Assembly (NCBI GenBank): GCA_016714745.1
Contig: JADKCG010000002.1
Coordinates: 25,161 to 89,160, forward strand
DNA: 64,000 nucleotides
Direction: 5' to 3'
From: Elusimicrobiota bacterium
GTDB taxonomy: Bacteria; Elusimicrobiota; Elusimicrobia; FEN-1173
The notes under the pieces were generated by a model. That model saw nothing but the letters and a program-made list of their open reading frames with translations, was not told where the DNA came from and made no database searches. Shown one piece after another: positions 10,546 to 20,250 of the stretch (position 1 is the first letter of the stretch; each line of letters starts with the position of its first letter). The position numbers and the translations under genes are program-made.

Positions 10546-12878
10546 AGCTTGGTTTCTCCCATCGGTCGGTTAGATTTCCCTCCAGGGGGGATGGTGGGAA
10601 TACGCCGGGCCATCGGCGGAATGCCACGATTTCCATTATAAAGAAGAATAGCTGTTTCCCACTCCTGCTTCGTGTCCATATCGTTGACCAGAGATTGGAT
10701 GTCCTTCCCACGCCCCCTGTACGAACCTGCCACCGTCGTATTGTACACTAATGTCAGTTTAAATTGGCCGTCCGCCATATCGATCCCGACAGGAATGAAG
10801 GGGGAGTCCAGGGGTGTGAGTAGAATCCGTCCCACTTCTCCTTCAATGATTTTGACATAAATTGTTTGGCCCTCTTTTTCGATGGCAAGCCGAATGTTTC
10901 GAATCCACAATTTCGGCCAGGGGCGAAACAGGCCGGAATAGGCGATCGTCGTATTCAAATGCCCCATGAGTTGACCACTCTCCAGCGAAACTTTCACAGC
11001 GGAACCTGTTTCCCATTTTTTTAAATCAACGAGCACATTCAGGGGCAAACTTGATTTTCGATCATAAACCGCGAATTTCATGCTGTTCATGAAGGGTGTT
11101 CCAGCTTGTTTTTCTTCCAACAATACACTCTCATCGCCCTTCTTGATTTTGGCCAGGGAAGAATTCATGCGTTCGTTTTGAACCCATGCATTTATCGTAT
11201 TGTGAAAACAATTTCCGTCCGGAAGGGGATCGTATTCAAAATAGACGAACCGGGATGATTCGAAAACACGAACCGGTGCCACAGCATACTGATCTCGAAT
11301 CTGATCCAGATAGTATTTCAAGGTGTATTGGTCGACCATCTGCTTGTGTCCAATCAAGTAACGCTTTTCTTTAGGCGCTTCTTGGCCGGAAATATCGGAA
11401 GTCACCGAATCATAGAGAAAGTCGGTATAGGTGCCCCAGGGTGGATATTCAAAGGGGGGGTCCATTTGCGTCGATTTTCCTATGAATGGTCGGTCCAAAT
11501 AATAGACGTCATTCCTATATCGCTCGATCGGCAAACCCAGTTGGGTCTTCACGTCACGGATATCGGCCACGACATCATCAAGCCTGAAAAAGAATTCCTG
11601 ACAATAGATCAGGGGTTTCAGAGAAAGGAAAAACAATGCGCCCAGCACCACTTTCCTAAAAAACAACCCATGCGCAAAACCGGGCCAGCGGGTGGCGATT
11701 TCCAAAGAGGAGCCAATCCAGACAGGGACGAGAGGGAAAAAAATAAGCCCGTACCACATGTGTGGATGCCGTGCAAACCCCGTCCATTGCCAAAGAACAA
11801 CGACAGGAAAAACCGCTACAAAGGGGACCAAGACCTTTCGTTGAGCCGCACTGAAATGGAATTTTGTTTTATAACCCCAGACACTGAATAACCAGAAGCC
11901 AAGACCCAAAGCAAAAATTAAAAAAATCAATTCGATGCCCAACGTCAGCCAAGAGTATACGGAAACACTTGAATGACTTATACCGGAGGCTAACCCCGGA
12001 CAAACATTACCGACGGCTTGCCGGACAAATTCCCATGCGGACTCCGAAGAAAGTTTGGGGAATATCTTGCAAAAAACATCCTTCGGCAAAAATTGCGCGA
12101 TGGAGTTGCTCCCGGTAAACTGATCGATGCTCCTATTAACTGTAATTCCCCTTGTTGTGTATTTATAGAAAACAAAAGGCAGGAAAGTTAAAAATGCTCC
12201 ACAAATGGAAGTAAGGACCACCGGCCAACGAATCTTTCGGACGAAAATCGCGAGGAACGTGATGGAAATCACATGAGCAGAAAATGACATATGAATTTGG
12301 GTCCCAAGCGCCGTTAAAATAACGGCGGGAACAAAGTACCATTCTTTGTCGTTAATAAAGATATTGACTATAAATAAAAACATCAAAGAATTCAAAATTA
12401 AAATATAAGAGGGGTTAATGGGGACACTAAAAGCCGCGACATGTAAAAGGGAAAAAGACATTAAAGCCACAGTGATCATTGTGACAAATGGTGAATACAC
12501 TTTTTTTACGATAAAAAATATTAAAACAATCGAAGCCAGATTCATCAATTGGTTGTAATAAGCAACAGAATAGGGTGATTTTGAAAAGAGCAGAGCGGGA
12601 GACATCAAAAAATAGAGAAAGGGCCCTGGAAGAAATCCGCCCGTATTCATTTCCGGCCCCACCAAGGGGATAAAATGCCCTGAAATAAGACCGATTGTCC
12701 TCTGGATGTCACGGTCAATCCACTCGCAATAACCGATGGGTTTCATGAACCGGGCAATGACCCCCAAGACAAAAACGGCCAATAGGCAGGTCCAAAATGA
12801 CCAGTGGCTGTAGTTGAAAATACTCTCAACCCAGGACATCCCCTTCTGAGGTGTTTTCACGGGTGTTTGGTCTATCAT
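10542..12878 (-). CDS. polytopic membrane protein, GT-C-like (ArnT/PMT-type) with a roughly 330 aa soluble C-terminal domain
   Basis: 778 aa. The first ~430 aa are a run of hydrophobic helices. The loop after helix 1 reads WIDRDIQ...LVGPEMNTGGFLPGPFLYF, which resembles GT-C first-loop motifs. No WWDYG-type oligosaccharyltransferase motif seen. Confidence 0.55.
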   Translation of the reverse strand: MIDQTPVKTPQKGMSWVESIFNYSHWSFWTCLLAVFVLGVIARFMKPIGYCEWIDRDIQRTIGLISGHFIPLVGPEMNTGGFLPGPFLYFLMSPALLFSKSPYSVAYYNQLMNLASIVLIFFIVKKVYSPFVTMITVALMSFSLLHVAAFSVPINPSYILILNSLMFLFIVNIFINDKEWYFVPAVILTALGTQIHMSFSAHVISITFLAIFVRKIRWPVVLTSICGAFLTFLPFVFYKYTTRGITVNRSIDQFTGSNSIAQFLPKDVFCKIFPKLSSESAWEFVRQAVGNVCPGLASGISHSSVSVYSWLTLGIELIFLIFALGLGFWLFSVWGYKTKFHFSAAQRKVLVPFVAVFPVVVLWQWTGFARHPHMWYGLIFFPLVPVWIGSSLEIATRWPGFAHGLFFRKVVLGALFFLSLKPLIYCQEFFFRLDDVVADIRDVKTQLGLPIERYRNDVYYLDRPFIGKSTQMDPPFEYPPWGTYTDFLYDSVTSDISGQEAPKEKRYLIGHKQMVDQYTLKYYLDQIRDQYAVAPVRVFESSRFVYFEYDPLPDGNCFHNTINAWVQNERMNSSLAKIKKGDESVLLEEKQAGTPFMNSMKFAVYDRKSSLPLNVLVDLKKWETGSAVKVSLESGQLMGHLNTTIAYSGLFRPWPKLWIRNIRLAIEKEGQTIYVKIIEGEVGRILLTPLDSPFIPVGIDMADGQFKLTLVYNTTVAGSYRGRGKDIQSLVNDMDTKQEWETAILLYNGNRGIPPMARRIPTIPPGGKSNRPMGETKL

Positions 12879-12882
12879 AAAA

Positions 12883-13740
12883 TTAGAAAAACGTGTTCAA
12901 GCCGACGTTCGCCGCTTCCATGATCTCATTAAAACGGGGCGAGCGTAGGAACTTAAATGTCTCTTCTCTCGAGGCAATAACCCTGTCTCGCTTTTTTAAG
13001 TCGTCGTCCGTTCTGCCAGGATGGCAATAAAAAATGTCTTTTTCCCTGGGCTTCATGGTCAGATAATGGCGAAATACTGTCTCAAATCTATCGCCCCCCT
13101 CGTACACATAGTATCCCAGGAGATACCTATTGTGTGGGATGCCGCTTTTTTTCATCAATTTCCGGGAAAAGTGACCTGGGATGTGAATGAACATATTTCG
13201 AATAGCAAAACTGACGGAATACGTCCACCCCGAAGAAATACACCAGGGGAGAGGTAATCCAGCTACCCGCGTATAAATCGGACGAATCTTCTCTCTACTT
13301 AAGATCACTGCCTTAACAGCTTCACGCACAACCGGAAGCTGTTGAACGTGTTGGTGCCCATCAATGTAGTCGGGGTCTCGCCCAGTAATTTCCGAAAAAC
13401 GCTGTATCTGTGCCTTAATTTCTGCCAAGACAGATTCATAGTTAAGAACTCTTAAGTAGGCCTTTTTCATTAAATTCCCGAAAGAGAGAAAATCCCCTTG
13501 CGCGTCCACAAGGCCAGAATCTTGCTTGAGGACCGTCAGGGGCCTGCCTTCCGTTAACACAAGATGCAATCCCAAATCATACCTTGTCTTAATCAACCGA
13601 AGTTGTTCCAAAGATTTTTCAACTTCTGGCCAGATCACCATGCAACTGGTCGCGGAAACCCGTTTTCCCTCTATCAATTCAATAATACTTTCACTGACGG
13701 CAGGAGAAATCCCATAATCGTCAGCGCATAAGATCATGTG
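12883..13740 (-). CDS. ChbG/HpnK (YdjC-like) carbohydrate deacetylase family protein
   Basis: MILCADDYGISPAVSESIIELIEGKRVSATSCMV is a typical YdjC-family N-terminus. I start at this Met (13740) rather than 13785. Confidence 0.8.
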   Translation of the reverse strand, partial: HMILCADDYGISPAVSESIIELIEGKRVSATSCMVIWPEVEKSLEQLRLIKTRYDLGLHLVLTEGRPLTVLKQDSGLVDAQGDFLSFGNLMKKAYLRVLNYESVLAEIKAQIQRFSEITGRDPDYIDGHQHVQQLPVVREAVKAVILSREKIRPIYTRVAGLPLPWCISSGWTYSVSFAIRNMFIHIPGHFSRKLMKKSGIPHNRYLLGYYVYEGGDRFETVFRHYLTMKPREKDIFYCHPGRTDDDLKKRDRVIASREETFKFLRSPRFNEIMEAANVGLNTFF

Positions 13741-13830
13741 GGTATTTCTTTCTTTGGAATTCGGTGATGAGCGATCCCACTCCAAACGAGAGAGAAGATA
13801 CGATGGCCCCTTCTATTTCTAAATTTTAGT

Positions 13831-14898
13831 TTAGATCTTATCAAGTATGACCTTCGATGCTTCCTCAGCGCCATTTTTATTGATATTAAAGTTCTGGTGA
13901 GCTTGTACGAAGTCCGGGAACCGGCGGACCATTTCATTGATCCGGGGAACAACATTTTCCATGGTCGCACTCAACCCCAATCCCAAGTCCTCGATCACTT
14001 TTCCATTGATGAATTGCTCCGCGTGGTTGGGAACGGGGATCACCACCACGGGCTTGCGCAACACGACAGCCTCACTGACAGCACTGAAACCCCCATTGAC
14101 CACCATCATGTCGGCTCGATTGATAAGATCTTTATTGTCTTGTAATTTTCCATGAAACGTAATCCATTCATTCGATTCTCCATCCTGACCCACAACGTCC
14201 ACAGTCACGCCGGGCAGAGGATTGAGCTGTTTCAAAAATTTTGCGCTGGTCCCAAACTGAGAGCCACTGAGCATGACCAATATATTATTTAACTGAGCCC
14301 CCCCCGGCCTTACGGCCAGCCCGCTTCGAATGAACGGTGGAAAATGTTTAATTCGTCCATTTTCATGAGAAGAAAATGGAAGAATTGAAGGGCTTAACAC
14401 CACGTCAGGCACGTTCGAATGAAACCAATGATCACACACTTCGACGAAATATTGCATGCGAATTTCACTGGGCAACACGGGCATCACCGAACACGCCCCA
14501 ACAACGACGTCCGCGTTATTGATTGCGAACACAGGAATTGCGATCCATTTTTTGAGCCAGAAGAGGGTGTAATCAGAATCGATCACAAGGGCAGAGTAAT
14601 TATTAGTCCGAAGAAGATTTCGAAGAAGTTTAACGTTTTTTAGAAAAATCCAAGCAAAATGGGGAATTGCCATTATTGTTCGCCAAATGCTCAGCGCATC
14701 TCCCTTTCGGCCATAATAAAACCCATGGAATTCGTAAACATGCGAGGGGTAACCACGATTCTTAAAAAAGTAGACTCCATTGTTTGAGGTCAGGATATCC
14801 ACCACGGCCCCCTTGGAAACGACACATTGCATGATCGATTCACAGCGAGTGGAATTCCCAAGCCCCAACCCATTAACGATAAAAAGGATCTTCTTCAT
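13831..14898 (-). CDS. GT-B glycosyltransferase (MurG/GT28-GT1-like)
   Basis: MKKILFIVNGLGLGNSTRC N-terminus and C-terminal VVNGGFSAVSEAVVLRKPVVVIPVPNHAEQ motif. Confidence 0.7.
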   Translation of the reverse strand: MKKILFIVNGLGLGNSTRCESIMQCVVSKGAVVDILTSNNGVYFFKNRGYPSHVYEFHGFYYGRKGDALSIWRTIMAIPHFAWIFLKNVKLLRNLLRTNNYSALVIDSDYTLFWLKKWIAIPVFAINNADVVVGACSVMPVLPSEIRMQYFVEVCDHWFHSNVPDVVLSPSILPFSSHENGRIKHFPPFIRSGLAVRPGGAQLNNILVMLSGSQFGTSAKFLKQLNPLPGVTVDVVGQDGESNEWITFHGKLQDNKDLINRADMMVVNGGFSAVSEAVVLRKPVVVIPVPNHAEQFINGKVIEDLGLGLSATMENVVPRINEMVRRFPDFVQAHQNFNINKNGAEEASKVILDKI

Positions 14899-15503
14899 TT
14901 CACCCGCTCCCTTTTCAGCCTAAACCCAACCACCAAAGAAAACATCGAAACGCGTTGGTGGCCTGTTATTTCCAGTCCGGCGACGTTAGCCCATTTTTCT
15001 ATCTCATCCAGATTGAATAGGGTCAAATGAATGCCATGGGTCCGGTGAAACAACCGATACATTTTCCCGGCTAAAGATTCCAACGGGATTAAAATAACAA
15101 AGAGGCCCTGGGGATTAAGCATCGAGGCAACGTTGTAAAATATATTCTCAGGTTTCTGGAGAAACTCCAGGACCCCTGCGCAAACGATGGTATCGAACCT
15201 CGACTCGCTTTGAAAATATTGAATGTCGGCCTCTATTTTTTCGCAACCAGGGATATCAAGGTTCTCCAACATTTTCAACGAAAGGTCAACGCAAACCAAT
15301 CGACTGCATTTCCGTTCGTAAAGGAGTTTACTGTAATAGCCTGATCCGCACCCCAGCTCAAGAACGTCTCCCAAGGGATGACCTTCAAGCATCCCCATCA
15401 TCACTGCCGACTCACTCTCCCGAACATGTTTCCAAAGGAGCCCTCGTGATCTCTTGGAGTAATCCAAAGCAACGGAATCAAAATAACGTTTCCTGCTTGT
15501 CAT
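14895..15503 (-). CDS. class I SAM-dependent methyltransferase
   Basis: VLELGCGSGYYS motif I. 202 aa. Confidence 0.8.
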   Translation of the reverse strand: MTSRKRYFDSVALDYSKRSRGLLWKHVRESESAVMMGMLEGHPLGDVLELGCGSGYYSKLLYERKCSRLVCVDLSLKMLENLDIPGCEKIEADIQYFQSESRFDTIVCAGVLEFLQKPENIFYNVASMLNPQGLFVILIPLESLAGKMYRLFHRTHGIHLTLFNLDEIEKWANVAGLEITGHQRVSMFSLVVGFRLKRERVK

Positions 15504-16027
15504 TGAAAAGTGGGGTTCCCTGGCAAATGGTGGATAAAAGCCCCGAAACTTAGTTTTGGGGACCTAAAAATGTTAGGAGCCATTTCGCTAAAAGGGGAAA
15601 TAACCTCCCGTATTTGTTGTTCGGTGTAGTATCTTGGTACATATGTTTTTGTGCGGTGCCCATAAAAAAGATAGATATACATCTTGTGAGCGATTTGTTG
15701 AACAGATCGACGTCTCTCAGAAAAGCTATGAAGGTAATATTGACATTTCACGCGGGCCAGCATCTGCTGAATTTCAGCCAAATCCAGCCAATCGAGAAGC
15801 CCCAGGGAAACACAAATGTTGGCATCAACCTTTTCAAGAGAGATCGCATCCGATTGAAAAAGTTCCACGTTTCCTTTACCAAGAAGTGCCTTGTGTTCTG
15901 CTTTTGCGGCTTCGATGGCCACCGAAGAAATGTCAACGCCCACATATTTCGTCGCTCCTGCTTCCATTATTGAAGGTAGCAATCGAGCCGTTCCACAACC
16001 AATTTCCAATACCGACTTTCCCTTCAC
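15500..16027 (-). CDS. class I SAM-dependent methyltransferase
   Basis: VLEIGCGTARLL motif I. 175 aa. Confidence 0.75.
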   Translation of the reverse strand: MKGKSVLEIGCGTARLLPSIMEAGATKYVGVDISSVAIEAAKAEHKALLGKGNVELFQSDAISLEKVDANICVSLGLLDWLDLAEIQQMLARVKCQYYLHSFSERRRSVQQIAHKMYIYLFYGHRTKTYVPRYYTEQQIREVISPFSEMAPNIFRSPKLSFGAFIHHLPGNPTFQ

Positions 16028-17367
16028 AACCTGACGGAGGACATTTTGGGCGATGAGTTTCCTGTATTTAAGGGATTGATTTGCATCAAAAAATCGCGGA
16101 GTAGGGAACGTTCTGTTCCGGTTCGAAGAGCTTTCCCAATTTCAAAAAATGCTTTGTCAGCAGAGGCAAGATAGTTCTCAATAATATTTTTCTCATGGGC
16201 AAAACTTGCATAGAACGCGTTTGTTGCGAGAAACCCCGCCTCAAGCATGATTTGCGTAAAGAGAGTCTTAAGCAATAAAGGATCCCCCTGTTTGAAGCTG
16301 AAGTGACAAAGGGAATCGATTCCTGCCACAGAGATCTCGACCCCATGCTGTTTGGCGATGTTCTTCCATCCGGACTGGACGTCTCTGCCAATTTGGCAGA
16401 GTTCTGCCGGAATGTTTAGGCGCTTGACCTTGTTTATTGTCGCAATGGCCGCTGTCGGACCAATTCTTTCGGTCCAGTAGGTACTGCTCACAAAGGAATC
16501 TTCTGCCGCCTGCATAACCTCTGAAACGCCAACCACCGCCGACATGGGATAGCCGTTGCTCATGCCCTTTGCAAATACCGCAATATCGGGTTTAAGTTTA
16601 AACAATAAATGCGCACCACCTACAGCCAGTCGAAAACCCGCTGTTATTTCATCCACAATTAAGACCGCTCCTATTGCGCGTGTCTCTTCTTGAACAGCAC
16701 GGAGAAAACGGGGCTCGGGTTGTGTTCCGCGGATAGATTCAAGGATGACGGCGCCAACTTTTTTTCCCCCAGCTTTAATGAGTTTTTGAAAACCATTTGC
16801 GTCATTGTAGGTGAAGGGAGTGGATGTTCCTCGGAGAGCACGTGGGACGCCGAGAGGGTTCAGACCGGGAAGAAGATGGCCATCAAGGGATTTTTTATTG
16901 GCGACATTTGCCGCCAAATACCAGTCATGCCACCCATGATAACCGCAGAACAAGACTCTGTCGCGCCCCGTCTTCGCGCGAGCAATCCGCACGGCGATTG
17001 ACATTGCCTCACCACCGGTACGGGCAAACCGAACCATGTGGGCCCACGGGTGCAAGGATATCAGCAGTTTGGCCAACTCAACATCTTCCGGAGCATTGAG
17101 CGTACTCATGTTCCCCGCACGGACCACCCGCGACACCGCCGCATTCACATCCGGATCGGCGTACCCTAGAAGACAGGACCCTATTCCCATGGACGCCATG
17201 TCGATGTAACGTTTGCCATCAAGGTCCCAGACGAGGCAACCGCTTGACTTAGAAAAATAGGCCGGCCATAGACCCGGAGCGTAGAGCTCCGGCCGTTTGG
17301 AAAACAACTGAGTTCCGCCTGGAATTAATTTCTTGGCCTGCCTGTATAAAGATTGAGTTTTATTCAT
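16024..17367 (-). CDS. class III PLP aminotransferase (glutamate-1-semialdehyde aminomutase-like)
   Basis: LIPGGTQLFSKRP...GCLVWDLDGKRYIDM...FCGYHGWHDW...VDEITAGFR. 447 aa. Confidence 0.8.
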   Translation of the reverse strand: MNKTQSLYRQAKKLIPGGTQLFSKRPELYAPGLWPAYFSKSSGCLVWDLDGKRYIDMASMGIGSCLLGYADPDVNAAVSRVVRAGNMSTLNAPEDVELAKLLISLHPWAHMVRFARTGGEAMSIAVRIARAKTGRDRVLFCGYHGWHDWYLAANVANKKSLDGHLLPGLNPLGVPRALRGTSTPFTYNDANGFQKLIKAGGKKVGAVILESIRGTQPEPRFLRAVQEETRAIGAVLIVDEITAGFRLAVGGAHLLFKLKPDIAVFAKGMSNGYPMSAVVGVSEVMQAAEDSFVSSTYWTERIGPTAAIATINKVKRLNIPAELCQIGRDVQSGWKNIAKQHGVEISVAGIDSLCHFSFKQGDPLLLKTLFTQIMLEAGFLATNAFYASFAHEKNIIENYLASADKAFFEIGKALRTGTERSLLRDFLMQINPLNTGNSSPKMSSVRL

Positions 17368-17373
17368 TGTTCC

Positions 17374-18162
17374 CTATCGAGCTATTTTATCCCTTTTTTC
17401 CGATTTCACGGGATGGTCACGCCGGAGAGATTTTTTATACCCCACATTTCTATCAATGTGACTGTTCATCTTTTCAACTTCAGGATGATTTCTTAGAAAA
17501 CGAAGGATATCATTCATTCCGAAGTTCTTCTTGGTTTTGTAGAGCGCATTAAATATTTTTCTAAAAAATCGATAGTCTTCTGCCTGATCAAGAGTCCATC
17601 TCATTTTGCCAAGATTTTCCCGATGACTCACATTTTTTAGCTTGAATAATTTCGGGTTTTCTTTCATGTAGGGGGTTACGTGTTCGCGCTGAGACACCAA
17701 GATGGCCTCCTTCCATGCCCGAGACAAAGCGGCCACAGTAAAGACTTCCACATCCTGGCCGTCAGGGAATGTCTCGGACATCGTGTTTGAGGTATAGTCT
17801 GATTGGCTCTTGAGATGATAAGAAACCACACGATCGATGATCTGCGGGTCGATCGCTGGACAGTCTGCCGTTATCCTCACGATATGGTCAGCGCGAAACA
17901 AACGCGCCGCCTGATAGTAACGGTCAAGGACATCCTCCTCCGACCCCACATAGAGGCGGATTTTCTTTTCAGCGCACAACCCCACGATCTTCAAGTCCTC
18001 TTCCGCGATCGTCGTCGCAACGACCACCTTGACTACTCTGCGAGCTCGCCTGACCCTCTGTACGACATGCTCCAAAACCTTTTTTCCAGCAAGCGGCAAT
18101 AGGACTTTTCCTGGCAATCGCGATGAACCAACCCGCGCTTGAACGATGGCGATAATACTCAT
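17374..18162 (-). CDS. SpsF-type cytidylyltransferase (acylneuraminate cytidylyltransferase family)
   Basis: MSIIAIVQARVGSSRLPGKVL...RITADCP...EHVTPYM. Start placed at the MSIIAIV Met; the ORF track start at 18246 would overlap the upstream gene. Confidence 0.75.
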   Translation of the reverse strand: MSIIAIVQARVGSSRLPGKVLLPLAGKKVLEHVVQRVRRARRVVKVVVATTIAEEDLKIVGLCAEKKIRLYVGSEEDVLDRYYQAARLFRADHIVRITADCPAIDPQIIDRVVSYHLKSQSDYTSNTMSETFPDGQDVEVFTVAALSRAWKEAILVSQREHVTPYMKENPKLFKLKNVSHRENLGKMRWTLDQAEDYRFFRKIFNALYKTKKNFGMNDILRFLRNHPEVEKMNSHIDRNVGYKKSLRRDHPVKSEKRDKIAR

Positions 18163-18211
18163 TGATGAACTCTTTTTTTTAGATACCCGATTGTCCGGAC
18201 CGGGAACTGGT

Positions 18212-19066
18212 TTAGGTCCAGAAACATGGAACCACAACTTTTTCAATATTGACTGCGAGTTGTTTCAGTTCAGAAAATAATCGCGAATCTTCTAATAATT
18301 TCCCAAAGGCCTTCACGTTCTGACGCAAATGAACTTCCGAATCGACACCGATCACGATTCGGTCGACGCTTTCGTTGGCAACGACAAACATCAGACAAAG
18401 GTCGAGGACTGAAAATCCAGCGCTCATTGACAGGTCACGCAGTCGTGATATCGAGCCCACCGCTCCTTGAAGAGCCCCCGTCAGCTTATCAACAGGAAGG
18501 AATACCGCCCCCTGCAAAAAGACGGATCGGGCATGAATTTCGATCGACCGGCGCCTTAACTCTGGCATGATTTGTTCAAAGCGAGTATCCAAAACACTAT
18601 AAGGCAGTTGAATTATATCGGGGCAAATATTTCGATCCAGCAAAAGTTGGATTTCTTGCGGATAGTATACCGAGAATCCCACTTTCTTAACCATTCCGTT
18701 GTTTTTTAAGACCACGAGGGAATCCCAAACTTCCGGATGTTCCCGATAGGTTTTGAAATCGTGAATAAGATATCCATAAAGTGATTTGGCACGTAACCGT
18801 TTTAATGATTGACCCAGGGCCCCCGCAACGCCATCGCCGGAAACGTTCGGCTGATTTGGAAACTTGCTGACGATGTCAAAGGCCTTTCCAGTTTTCTCAC
18901 TAAAAGCGCCGATGACCTCTTCGCTGGTCCCATACGCGCGGCTTGTGTCAAGCATGGTGATCCCACACGCATGCGCGGCATCCAGGATTGAGAAGGCGGA
19001 ACCGGAATCCGGTTGCCCCCTCTGATTGGCAATGCCGTAAGGAATCCCCAATTGAACTGTGCCCAA
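18212..19066 (-). CDS. aldo/keto reductase family oxidoreductase
   Basis: GTVQLGIPYGI...GITMLDTSRAYGTSEEVIG (AKR N-terminal signature). 284 aa. Confidence 0.8.
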   Translation of the reverse strand: MGTVQLGIPYGIANQRGQPDSGSAFSILDAAHACGITMLDTSRAYGTSEEVIGAFSEKTGKAFDIVSKFPNQPNVSGDGVAGALGQSLKRLRAKSLYGYLIHDFKTYREHPEVWDSLVVLKNNGMVKKVGFSVYYPQEIQLLLDRNICPDIIQLPYSVLDTRFEQIMPELRRRSIEIHARSVFLQGAVFLPVDKLTGALQGAVGSISRLRDLSMSAGFSVLDLCLMFVVANESVDRIVIGVDSEVHLRQNVKAFGKLLEDSRLFSELKQLAVNIEKVVVPCFWT

Positions 19067-19095
19067 ACAGATTTTACTGATGTTTGAACTCTGTT

Positions 19096-20237
19096 TTACT
19101 GAAAGAATTTTTTCACCTGTTTAACAATAAAATTCTGGCTGGCCTCTGACAATCCGGGGAATAATGGCAAGCTCAAACATCGCCTGTAGTATCGTTCCGC
19201 ATTTGGAAAATCACCGGGGCGATACCCGAACTTTTTTCGATAGTAAGAAAGCAGGTGGACGGGGATATAGTTGACCTGTGTCCCGATTCCCAACCTGAAC
19301 AAATAATCATACAACGCCTGGCGCTTTGTGTGAGGAACTTGAATGACATACAAGTGGTGAGAAGACGTGGTCCCTGGCCTCTCATACGGAATCGATATTT
19401 CTGGAATGTGCTGAAAATTCGAATTGTAGTTCCGAACAAGCGCTTTCCGGGTTTTGCAAAATTGATCGAGGCGGGACAATTGGGACCGTCCCAGCGCACA
19501 CTGAAAATCCGTAATACGGTAATTGTATCCCAGTTCAGCAATGTCGTAAAACCATCGTGGTTGGGAAGCACGTTTCACAATCCCATGATGCCTCAAGCGA
19601 CGTGCCCGTTCATAGATGCGCTTATTGTTTGTGAGGAGCGCCCCTCCCTCTCCCGTTGTAATATGTTTAATGGGATGAAAACTCATGATACTGATATCCG
19701 CGTGAACGCACGATCCAATCCGTACCTGTGCCCCGCGATGCTCATACGCCGCACCAAGTGCGTGGGCCGCATCTTCAACAATGGGTATGCCGTAGCGCGC
19801 GCTTATTCTTGAATACGCCTCCACATCTGCGACGGTCCCATAAAATGGACGGGCACAATGGCACGAACTTTTTTTCTTCGGGACGAAGATTCCAGATACT
19901 CTTCAAGAAGTTCCGGACTCATGTGGTACGTCTTAGGGTCAATGTCAACGAATCGTGGTCGGGCGCCGACATAGCACGCACAGTTGGCACTTGCTGAGAA
20001 AGTAATGGGGGAAGTTAGAACAGTGTCTCCTGGTCCAATTCCAAGAGAAAGCATTGCCACATGCAAGGCGGCTGTTCCACTTGAGACAGCAATGCAAAAA
20101 CGTGCACCGGTATAGCGACACATTGCGTTTTCGAATTCTCCAACAAGTGGGCCTTGAGTGAGCCAGTCTGAGGTTAAGGCGGAGGTTACCGCCTGAACAT
20201 CTTTGCGTGTGATGGATTGCCGCCCGTAGGGGATCAA
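19096..20237 (-). CDS. pseC: UDP-4-amino-4,6-dideoxy-N-acetyl-beta-L-altrosamine transaminase (DegT/PseC), interrupted by a 1-nt frameshift in this assembly
   Basis: The N-terminal ORF (19803..20237) ends ...IVPVHFMG. The C-terminal ORF (19096..19824) continues TVADVEAYSRISARYGIPIVEDAAHALGA...SFHPIKHITTGEGG. The frames rejoin if one base is added at the CCC run at 19837-19839. Confidence 0.85.
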
Positions 20238-20250
20238 GGGGAGCCCTCCT

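Noticed and set aside
10542-12878. Calling the 778 aa membrane protein a PglB/STT3-type oligosaccharyltransferase.
   Set aside because: The architecture fits (about 13 helices plus a periplasmic domain), but I could not find a WWDYG-type motif or other diagnostic OTase signature. I kept it as generic GT-C-like.
5864-16027. Annotating the radical SAM, YdjC and glycosyltransferase block as a hopanoid (hpnI/J/K) cluster.
   Set aside because: No squalene-hopene cyclase, hpnH or other hopanoid genes are in the window. The glycosyltransferase is GT-B rather than the GT2 of HpnI. The block is embedded in a nucleotide-sugar island. I use the hopanoid pathway only as a mechanistic analogy.
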